This document shows positions 18,190 through 27,221 of a DNA stretch of 64,000 nucleotides, piece by piece (within the stretch, counting starts at the first letter, position 1; each line of letters starts with the position of its first letter). Position numbers and translations under genes: made by a program. Source of the DNA: Candidatus Eiseniibacteriota bacterium (GTDB lineage: Bacteria > Eisenbacteria > RBG-16-71-46); NCBI GenBank assembly GCA_963707915.1, contig OY970178.1, positions 1,696,001 to 1,760,000 on the forward strand, read 5' to 3'. The notes under the pieces are model-generated. The model made no database searches. It worked only from the letters and a program-made list of their open reading frames with translations, and was not told the DNA's origin.

Positions 18190-19899
18190 CTATCCGGCCG
18201 GAGCCTCCAGCACCTCGCGGACCTTCCGCGTCAGCTCCGCCATCGTGAACGGCTTGTGCAGGAACGCGGCGGTCGCGCCCTGCAGCCCGTCTTCGCTCGA
18301 GACGTCCCCCGGATCGCCCGAGATGCGCAGGATCCGCAGCCCCGGGAAGAGCCGGCGCGCCAGGTCGATGAGCGCGCGGCCACCCAGCCTCGGCATGACG
18401 AGGTCCGTCATCAGCAGGTCGGGCGCCGGATCCGGCGCGCCCTGGAGCAGCTCCAGTGCCGCCTGCCCGTCCGCCACCTCCAGCACGCGGTAGCCCTGCT
18501 CGCGCAGGACGAAGGCCTCCAGCTCGCGGACCGCCGGTTCGTCCTCGACGAGCAGCACGGTCTCGGTGCCGCGGGGCAGGCCGTCGCCGGAGGCCGTGCG
18601 GGTCTCGGCCAGCTTCACATCCCCGATGGCCGGCAGGCAGACCCGGAAGGTCGTCCTCGCTCCGGGCACGGCCTCGACGACCAGGTCTCCACCGAGTCGC
18701 TCCACGATGCCGCGCACCTGGTCGATGCCGATCCCGGTGCGCCCGCCGGGGGGCATCCCCGGCGCCGCGGACTCGAGCCCGATGGCTCCCGGCGCCTGGG
18801 CCGCGCCGGCGCCCGTGCCGGTCACGACCATCAGCGCGTAGCGGCTGGCGGGAGACGCCGGCGACCACCGCCCGGCCGTGGCCGAGGGCGAGGACCAGCG
18901 GGTGGTCTCGACGTCGATGCGGCCCGCGCCCCCGATCGTGTCACGGGCATCCGTGATCAGGTTCACGATCACCTGCTCGAGCAGTCCCGCGTCGGCCTCG
19001 AGCCGATCGAGGTCGGGCGCGAGGCGGGTCGTGAGCCGGATGCGCCCGCCGATGACCCGGCCGAGCATCCTGACCATCTCCGAGACGGTCTCGTTCAGGT
19101 CCAGCACCCGGGGCTGCGCGGCGCGGCGGTGGCTGCAGGCCTGCAACTGGCGCGTGAACCCGGCGGCCCGGTCCACCGCATCCAGCATCTCGCGAACGTG
19201 CCCGTGGAGGGGGCTCTCGGCCGGGAGCTTGCGCATGACCAGCTCCCCGTGCCCGAGGATGGTCGTCAGTTGGTTGTTGAAGTCGTGGGCGACCTCGCCC
19301 GCCATCCGGCCGACCTCCATCATCCGGCGGGACCGGCGGAGGCGCTCCTCCTCGGCCGTCGCCGATCGGACGACCTCCGCGCCGGGGGGCGACGATATCG
19401 TGGGCCGCCCGCGGGAGGACTTCCTCCCCTGGAGCATCCGTTCGTAGGAGAGCGCGAGGTTGTCGGCCAGCTGGTGCACCAGCCACTCCTGCGCGCTGCT
19501 CAACGGGACCGCCCCGCCTCCCCCGACGCACAGGCAGCCGTGGGCGCGATGGGGGGTCGCGATCGGGACGACGAGCCGGAGACGGGACCCCGGCGGCATC
19601 CCGAAGACCTCGACGTGCGCATCCAGCTCGCAAAGCCGGGGCGCGCGGCCCTCGGCGAGGTCGTGGAGGAGTTCCGCGACGACCGGATGCGCCGCGCCCT
19701 TCCATGCCTTCCGGGCCGCGCTCCCGGACACGCAGGCCTCGAGGAACGAGGTGCCGTCCGGGCCATGCAACCCCGCCCACGCGTGGTCCACGCCCGCCGT
19801 GCGGCGCGCCGCTTCGCAGAGCCTGCGCAGGAGCCGGAGCACGTCGCCGCCCCGCCGTGCGGGCGGTGAGGCCGTGGGTACCGTCGCGTTCTGGGGCAT
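18190..19899 (-). CDS. GAF-HisKA-(degenerate HATPase)-REC hybrid kinase-like protein
   Basis: H-box AHDFNNQL; receiver LLVEDE..MTDLVMP..KPF. The start is inferred (MPQNAT). The ORF-track fusion to the upstream kinase results from a frameshift. Confidence 0.8.
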   Translation of the reverse strand: MPQNATVPTASPPARRGGDVLRLLRRLCEAARRTAGVDHAWAGLHGPDGTSFLEACVSGSAARKAWKGAAHPVVAELLHDLAEGRAPRLCELDAHVEVFGMPPGSRLRLVVPIATPHRAHGCLCVGGGGAVPLSSAQEWLVHQLADNLALSYERMLQGRKSSRGRPTISSPPGAEVVRSATAEEERLRRSRRMMEVGRMAGEVAHDFNNQLTTILGHGELVMRKLPAESPLHGHVREMLDAVDRAAGFTRQLQACSHRRAAQPRVLDLNETVSEMVRMLGRVIGGRIRLTTRLAPDLDRLEADAGLLEQVIVNLITDARDTIGGAGRIDVETTRWSSPSATAGRWSPASPASRYALMVVTGTGAGAAQAPGAIGLESAAPGMPPGGRTGIGIDQVRGIVERLGGDLVVEAVPGARTTFRVCLPAIGDVKLAETRTASGDGLPRGTETVLLVEDEPAVRELEAFVLREQGYRVLEVADGQAALELLQGAPDPAPDLLMTDLVMPRLGGRALIDLARRLFPGLRILRISGDPGDVSSEDGLQGATAAFLHKPFTMAELTRKVREVLEAPAG

Positions 19900-20114
19900 G
19901 AGGTCGGAGGCCGAGCCGCCCGGAGTCTGCAGGGAGTCCCACGGTTGAGGCCGCCGGGACGGGCCCGCACGGCCAGCGATCGCGCCGATCGTAGATCGAC
20001 CACCCCGGCGCATCAAGCGGGGCGCGCGGCGGCCACGGGCGCGAGGGCGTTCGCGACCGGCCGCACCGTGCCCCGGATCGGTCACGGCCGCTCCCGGGCC
20101 CCGTGACCGGCGGA

Positions 20115-22507
20115 TCAGCCCGCGTCCACCCCGATGGGCAGCACGAACCGCACCGCCGTCCCGACCCCGGGCTCCGACTCGACCCAGATGCTGCCCCCGT
20201 GACGCTCGACGATCTCCCTGGAGATCGCCAGGCCCAGCCCGCTGCCGCCGGCCGCCCTCTCGTCCCACGGTCCCAGCTGCCGGAACTTCTGGAAGAGCCG
20301 GGGCAGGTCCTCCTGCGCGATGCCGCACCCGGTGTCCGTCACCGTCGCCGTGAACCGGCCGTCGCGCGCGCCGGTGGCGACCCGCACGTGGCCGCGGTCG
20401 CTGAACTTGATGGCGTTGCCGACCAGGTTGGTCAGCACCTGCGTGACCTGGTCCCGGTCGCACTCGACCCGCGGGAGCGTGCCCTCCAGCGCGAGCACGA
20501 GCTCGAGCGCCCTTCTGCGCCGCCAGCGGGCTCATGGCCGCCGCGACCTCGCGGACGACGTCGTTGACGTCGTGCGGCCGCAGGTCGAACGCGACGCTGC
20601 CGGCCTCGAGCCGCTGGAACGCCAGCACGTTGTGGATCAGCCGCGCCAGGCGGTCGATGTTCCTGCGGGCGACGTCGAGGAAGTCCTGCGCGTCGGCGGT
20701 AAGCATCCCGGCCGTCTCCTCGCGGACGATCTCGATGCTCTCCTTGATGGCGGTGAGCGGCGTGCGCAGCTCGTGCGAGACGGTGGAGATGAACTGGGAC
20801 TTGATCTCCAGCGTCTCCTTCATCTCGCGCTCCGCCCGGCGCAACTCGGTGATGTCGCTCGCCAGGGCGGCGACGCCGATCGGCCTGCCGTCCTCGCCGG
20901 TGAGCGGCGTGCTGTGCCACTCGCACAGGATCGTCCGGCCGTCCTTCGTGACGTTCTCGAGGATGCTCCGCGCGCCCCCGCCGAGGGCCGGCAGCCCGGC
21001 GGGGTCGCTCGCGGGGAGCGGCCAGCCCCCGTCCGGCGCGATGAAGCTGCCGTGCCGCCCGATCGCCTCGGCGGCCGGGTAGCCGAACACCCGTTCCGCC
21101 GCGGGGTTCCAGCGGGCGACGCGGGAATCGGTGTCCCACTCGATCACGGCCAGCGGCGTCTGCTGGATCAGCAGGTTCAGCCGCTGCTCGGACTGGCGCA
21201 GCACCTCGTCGGCGTGCTTGCGCTCGACGACGCGCCACACCGAGTCCATCAGCAGCACCAGCTGGCGCACGTCGGAGGTGTCGTAGTCCGAGTCCTTGTT
21301 GGCGACCCCGATGACGGCCACGATGCGGTCGCCGTCGAGCACGGGCACCGTCATGAGACGGCGGATCGGGACCTGGCCGTCCGGCACGCCCGGCTTCATC
21401 GGATGCGGCGCGCGATCGTCGTTCACGACGATCGGCCGCCGCCGCCTCACGGCCTCCCCCCACAGGCCGGTCGCCTGCAGCGGATGCACGGACCGGGGCA
21501 TCGTCGCGGAGCTCTCGCGCGCACCGCCCATCGACCAGGCGCCGAGCCGGAGCTCGCCGCGCTCCGGGTCGTGCTCGTAGATGGCGCCGACCGTGCTGCC
21601 GGTGAGCGTGATGGCCTCGTCCAGCGCGTAGTCGAGCAGCGCCTGGACGTCGTGCGCGCGGTACTGGGCGATCCGGACCATGCTCTCGAGCCGCAGCTCG
21701 TTCAGCCGGATCCGCTCCTCGGCCTGTTTGCGGTCCGTCACGTCGAACACGGTCGAGCGGCTCATCACGTAGCGGCCGTCGGCATCGCTGACCAGGGTCG
21801 CGCTCATCAGCACGGGCAGGACGCTCCCGTCCTTGCGGACCATCTCGAACTCGAGATTCTGCGCCCAGCCGCTCTGCCTTGAAGCGCGGGAAGCTCTCCT
21901 CGAAGACCTGCAGGCTGCCGGGGGCGAGCAGGTCCGGGAAGCGCAGCTTCCCGACGACCTCGTCCCGCGAGTAGCCCAGCCACGAGAGCTCGGTGTCGTT
22001 GATGCGGAGGAAGACGCCGTCCGCGTCCAGCGAGTGGTAGCCGCAGGGCGCGTTGTTGTAGAGGTCCATGATCTCCGCGGCGCTCTCCCACAGCGCCGTC
22101 TCGATCTGCTCCCGCTCCGTGACGTCCCGCGCCGCGGCGTAGAACAACCCGCCGGAGGGCACCGCGCGCCACTCGAGCCAGCGGTAGGCGCCGTCGCGGC
22201 AGCGGAAACGGTTGACGAAGTTGACCACTTCCTGCTCCGCGGTCAGCCGGGTGACGGCCCAGGCCGTGTGGTCCGCGTCTTCCGGGTGGATGAAGTCGAG
22301 GAGCCGCCCGGCCAGGAGATCCTCACGGGGGATCCCCAGCGTCGTCTCCCAGGCCGGGTTCAGGCGCCGGAAGCGGCCTTCCGCGTCCGCGATGCACAGC
22401 AGGTCCGAGCCCAGGTCGAAGAAGCGGTCCAGCTCCTCGGTCCGCGGCCCCGCCGCGCCCGCCTCCTCCAGGGGCGCGCCCGCCTGCCCGTCGCCACCGG
22501 TTCGCAC
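20115..22507 (-). CDS. PAS-PAS-GAF-PAS sensor histidine kinase (apparent frameshifts near 21870 and 20510; start approximate)
   Basis: LDRFFDL..NPAWE PAS, DLYNNAPCGYHSLD PAS, GAF (GVANKDSDY), PAS, SHELRTPL, then [21 protein letters not shown]. Confidence 0.85.
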
Positions 22508-22515
22508 GGCGTTCG

Positions 22516-22893
22516 TCAGCTCGCCTTCTTCTGCTTCAGCAGGTAGCCGATCGTGCGGAGCAGGGCCTTGGACTCGAACGGCTTCTCCAGGTACGCGTCG
22601 ACCCCCTCGTCGAGCACCTTCTTCTTGTACTCGGCGTCCTGCATCCCGGTCAGCACGACCACCGGCGTGAACTGGGTCTTCGGGGAGAGCCGGAGGTTCT
22701 GCAGCGCGTTCAGTCCGCCGCCGGCGGGGAGCATGAGATCCAGGATGATCAGGTCCGGCGCCTCCTTGCGCGCGAGCTGCAGGCCGGTGTAGCCGTCCGG
22801 CGCGCAGACCGCCTCGTAGTCGTGATCCATGAGCCGCTTGCGCACGACCTTGGCGATGTCCGGCTCGTCCTCGATGATCAGGATCTTGCTCAT
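22516..22893 (-). CDS. Single-domain response regulator (CheY-like receiver)
   Basis: MSKILIIEDE..DLIILDLMLP..VVLTG..YLEKPF; AGGAGG RBS. Confidence 0.92.
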   Translation of the reverse strand: MSKILIIEDEPDIAKVVRKRLMDHDYEAVCAPDGYTGLQLARKEAPDLIILDLMLPAGGGLNALQNLRLSPKTQFTPVVVLTGMQDAEYKKKVLDEGVDAYLEKPFESKALLRTIGYLLKQKKAS

Positions 22894-23073
22894 CCCTGGC
22901 CTCCTGCTCGGATGGGGTGCGGAAGCACCCGGATGCCGCCCGCGGTCCGCGGGTGGCCACATCGTGGCGGATCGACTCGGGCGCCGCGGCGACGGCGCCA
23001 TCCCGCCCGCCGGGAGCGTCCGCGGCGGAGGGGTCCGGCTGTGACTGCGACGCGCGCCCGCACGGAAGGCCTC

Positions 23074-25522
23074 CTACTCGAAGATGGAGAAGAAGAGGTC
23101 CACGTCCACCGTGCCGGAGAAGCCGTACAGCCCCGCCGCCGGGATGACGATCAGCGCGGGATCCTCCTCGACCAGGTACAGGTCGCCGTGGAGGAGACGG
23201 TATCCGGACTTCTCGAGGACCTCGTGCGGGAAGGTCTCGACCTGCTCGTTCCCGCCCGCGGCGCGCCGGTGCACGCGCACCCCGGTGAGCCGGAGCCGCT
23301 CGCCCGCGAGGCCGAGGGTCAGCCCGAAGCGCTGGATCGTGCCGCCGCTGACCTGCAGGCGGATCCGGTGCCAGAGGCACCCGCGGTTGTTGAGCCGGTA
23401 GGTCTCGACGCGCGCCTCCTCGGCGCGGAAGCCCAGGCCCGAGTCGTGGTAGAAGACGAGGTGGCGCGGCGGCGCGGCCGAGTCGAGCGCCTCCGGCCTC
23501 ACCGAGCGCAGGAAGATCCCCGCCACGGCCTCGCCCATCGTGCGGCTGATGCCGTGGGCGAAGCCGAACGGCCAGTAGACCTGCCGGGGCAGGAGGCTCG
23601 CCAGCTGGTGCGCCGACAGGTGGCTCCGCTCCCACTCGTGCAGGTCCGGCACCTCCGTCATGCCGTGCGCCACCGCCGAGCCGAAGTTCTCGTCGTGCAG
23701 CCAGCCGCCGAAGAGATCGAGCTCGATCTCCAGCGGCCGGGCGACCGATCGCACGCAGATGGCCTGGTAGAGGTCGCGCAGGGAACGTGTCCCGCCGACG
23801 TCGTGGGTCGCGCGGTGCCGGGCCCACTCGCGCGCCCAGAGCAGGATCCCGCGCTGGACCTCGGCGATCTGGCGGCGCTGCTCGTCGGGGACGCGGAACT
23901 CGTCGAGGACCGGCCCGCCCCGCTCGTCGTGGCCGAGGGTCGTGCCGCAATCGGCCATCAGGCTCTGTTCGAGGATCTCCGGGGACCGGATGTAGGTGTG
24001 CGCCACCGCGACGGGTTGCCCGTTCGAGGCCAGCCAGCCCTCGACGATCGCGCCGCTCGCCTGGGCGACGTGCGCCCGGTCGCCGGTCACGAGGTAGAGC
24101 CCGTGGGTGCGGAGGTCGAGGCCCTCGCGGTCGAGGATCCGCTGCAGCGCCCCCTGGATGGTGCCGTGGTAGCCGAGGTCCACGACCGCGACGCGGCGCG
24201 GCCCGCCGGGGCCCAGCACGGCAGCGACGTGGGCGAGCAGGTTGCGACGGGCGGCGGCGCTGGCCCGGACGACCTTGCCGCGTGCCGCCGGGTCGCGTGC
24301 GATGCTGCGCACCAGCGTCACCGTCTGCTCCGGCGTGAGACTCGCCCCGGCGTCCACCCAGCGGCAGGTCGGCGGGGTCGAGCCCGAGTTGGTCCAGGAG
24401 CTCCGAGCACCGCTGGGCCGAGGGACGCGAGACGAAGCGCTCGAGCTCCGCCTCGCTGCCCTCGAAGATCGCCGCCTTGAGCACGACGAATCGCGAGACG
24501 AAGAGCTCGGAGGTCCGCAGGCCCGGCGCCTGCACGTCCAGGACCTGCTTGAGGAGCCGGCCCTCGCGCATCAGGCACAGGGCGTCCGTGAGTCCCAGCT
24601 CGCCGCAGCGCTCCGCGACCCAGTCGCAGAAGCCCGAGATCACCGGCCCGGCCACCCCGGCGCCCCAGCGCTCGTATTCGCTCCCGGCCTTGAACATGAC
24701 GCGCCCGCGCAGGGCGGTCAGCCCCGCGTCGTCGCCGGGCAGGTACGGGGAGCGCTGGCTGAGGTCCGCGGGCAGTTCGGTCCCCACCATGTCCTCGTAG
24801 GCCTCGGGGAAACGCGGGAGCCAGAAGCGCGCGAGCCCGAGGCTCTCGGGACCGTCGAGGTCCGCCTGGCGGCTGTCACCGACGTGCAGGATGCGGGCGG
24901 CGGGCACGCCGCTCTGCCCCAGCAGCACCTGGTGCAGCCCCCCCGGCTTGGAGCGGCCGTGCTCGCACGAGACGATGACGTGGTCCACGTCCACGCCGGT
25001 GAGCGCGCGGATCTGCCCGCTCCGCAGGTAGGTGTCCGAGACCAGCGCGGTCCGCAGGCCCCGCTCCCGGGCGCGGGCGAGCAGGTCGCGCATCGCGGGC
25101 TCGACCACCACGTGCCGCTGCTCGAGCGCGAACTCGAGCGCGGCCACCTCGGCGGGGCTCACGCCGTCGAGGAAGCCGCGCGGGAACTCCGCGTAGATGT
25201 CCGCCAGCGCGACCTCCCCGGCGGGCGTGCGGCGCCGCGCGCGTTCCTCCGCGCGGACGCGCTCGCGCACGAAGCTCTCGCGGCTCGAGGAGTCGAAGAG
25301 GCCGCCGGCCGCGCGCACCTCGTCGGCCAGCAGCAGGAAGAGGTCCGCCGGCTGCGGCACGCGGCGCCACACCAGCGTGTCGAAGACGTCGAGGCTCAGC
25401 AGGTCGAAGTCGCCCGAGTCCACCAGGTCGTACAGCTCGCGCAGCCGCGCGTCCATGCGCGGCGCGGGCGGGCGCGGCGCATCGACGGCCAGTGACGTGC
25501 GTTCGGTGGCGCTCAGGGCCAT
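23074..25522 (-). CDS. HAD-superfamily hydrolase-like protein of glycan loci (apparent frameshift near 24358)
   Basis: LSLDVFDTLVWR, LVSDTY, HVGDS..AD, CLMREG, VDLGYHGTIQ, HDENFG; paralog of 27222-30026. Confidence 0.8.
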
Positions 25523-25601
25523 GGAGGTGCCTCCTCTGCCGATCCGGGCGGAATGCGTCCGCTGTCCCGCGGCGCAAGGGGTTCGCCGCCACCCGGGTGA
25601 G

Positions 25602-25618
25602 AGCAGGATTCGGTCCAA
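25602..25618 (-). promoter_or_regulatory. Putative sigma54 promoter with tandem upstream activator sites at 25759-25773 and 25779-25793
   Basis: Minus strand TTGGACCGAATCCTGCT (GG-N10-GC); an alternative GG-N10-GC lies at 25574-25588. CGGAAGCGCTTGCCG and CGGCAGCATTCGCCG each have one mismatch to the motif. Confidence 0.55.
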
Positions 25619-25800
25619 GCCGCCGCCGGCGTCACGCGCCCGCCGGCGCGGCCGCACCGCCGGCGGTGGCGGGCGCGTATCGGACGCTCCTGCAACCACC
25701 TGGACTCGCGCTCGCCCGGCCCCGTGCGCTGCGGCACGCGAGCCCGTCCGCGGCCGGCCGGAAGCGCTTGCCGTCGAGCGGCAGCATTCGCCGACCGCGG

Positions 25801-27207
25801 TCAGGCGGCGGTGACGATCCCGGTTCCGGCCGCCTCGTCCGTCCCGGCCGCGAGTCTTCGCGCCGTCTCCGGGTCGGTGCAGCGCATGCGGAGCAGGGCG
25901 GCCCGGTAAGAGGCGGCGGCCTGGACGTCGCCCGCCGCGATGGCGGAATCCCAGAGCCCCCGCAGCGCCCAGTGCGGCGGGGCACCGTGCCGCAGCGCGG
26001 CCTCGAGCGCCTCGCGCGCCCCGGCGAGATCCCGGGCGCGCAGGCGACGGAAGCCATCGACCAGTTCGGCCTCCCATCCGGCCCAGTGCGTCCCGGCCGG
26101 CAGTTCCCCGTCGGGCTCGTCCAGGGCGAGACGCGCCCGGAGCTCCGGCGTGGGCGCCAGCGCGACGGCCGCCTGCAGGTGCTCCCGCGCGGCGGCGTCC
26201 AGGCCGAGGCGGTCGCTCAGCACCCACGCCCAGCGGCGCACGTCGCCTTCGTCGGGCCACGCCTTCGGTCGTCCGAGGCAGCGCTGCACGTCGGCGTGCC
26301 GGCCCGCGGCCGCCGCGCGCTGGCACTCGGCCACGATGGCCCAGCGCTCGCGCTCCTCGGGCGAGGCGAACCGCACGCAGCGCGCGACGTCCCCGTGCTG
26401 GTCCCGGTGGCGCTGGATGCGCAGGCCGTCGCAGAAGTAGTAGTCGTCCTCGTCGGTGAGGAGCTGGTCCGCCCACCGCCGGTGGAACAGCGTCCAGTTC
26501 TCGGTCTCGTGACGCATGCGGCCCGGGGTCTGGCTCTCCAGGTGGATCAGCGAGCTCTTCGGCTGGTACACGACCAGGCCGCCGCGGCGGCGCACCGCCA
26601 GGCACAGGTCGACGTCCTCGTAGCCGGTCTGGAACTTCTCGCAGAATCCGCCGCACTCCTTGAACCAGCGTGTTCGGATCATCAGGCAGGCGCCGGTCAC
26701 GGCCTGCAGCTCCCGCCGGCGGTTGACCCGCGGGTCGTCGGCGCGCAGCAGGCGGTTCGGGTGGTACAGGTTGCGGGTCCCGCGCTCGAAGAGGATGCCC
26801 GCGTGCTGGACCAGGCCGCCCTCGTAGAGGAGCTTCGAGCCGACGACGGCGACCTCCGGGTGCGTCTGCAGCTCGTCCACCAGGCCGTCGAGCCAGCCCG
26901 GCAGGGGGATGGTGTCGTTGTTGAGGAACAGGATGTACTTCCCCGCGGCCGCGGCGGCGCCCTGGTTGCAGGCACGCCCGAAGCCGCGATTGGCGGTGTT
27001 CCGGATGACCTGGACCGGTCCCGCGCGCTGCGCGAGGCGCTGGGGCGTCGCGTCGCTCGACGCGTCGTCCACCACGATCAGCTCGAACGGCACCCGGGCC
27101 CCGACCCGGGCGATGCCGTCGAGGCACTGCAGCGTCAGCTCGCACTTGTTGAATACCGGGATGACGATGGAGACGAGCGGCGACTGGCGGCGAGGTTGCG
27201 GTTTCAT
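25801..27207 (-). CDS. Family 2 glycosyltransferase with a helical/TPR-like C-terminus
   Basis: VSIVIPVFN, IVVDDAS, LFLNNDT, VTGACL, GYEDVDLC. Confidence 0.9.
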   Translation of the reverse strand: MKPQPRRQSPLVSIVIPVFNKCELTLQCLDGIARVGARVPFELIVVDDASSDATPQRLAQRAGPVQVIRNTANRGFGRACNQGAAAAAGKYILFLNNDTIPLPGWLDGLVDELQTHPEVAVVGSKLLYEGGLVQHAGILFERGTRNLYHPNRLLRADDPRVNRRRELQAVTGACLMIRTRWFKECGGFCEKFQTGYEDVDLCLAVRRRGGLVVYQPKSSLIHLESQTPGRMRHETENWTLFHRRWADQLLTDEDDYYFCDGLRIQRHRDQHGDVARCVRFASPEERERWAIVAECQRAAAAGRHADVQRCLGRPKAWPDEGDVRRWAWVLSDRLGLDAAAREHLQAAVALAPTPELRARLALDEPDGELPAGTHWAGWEAELVDGFRRLRARDLAGAREALEAALRHGAPPHWALRGLWDSAIAAGDVQAAASYRAALLRMRCTDPETARRLAAGTDEAAGTGIVTAA

Positions 27208-27221
27208 GGCCGGGCTCTCCG

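Noticed and set aside
18190..27145. Giant ORFs of 1217 aa and 2237 aa fusing kinases and the HAD protein
   Set aside because: Stop-poor GC-rich frames joined by frameshifts; long stretches are non-protein-like Arg/Gly/Pro sequence.
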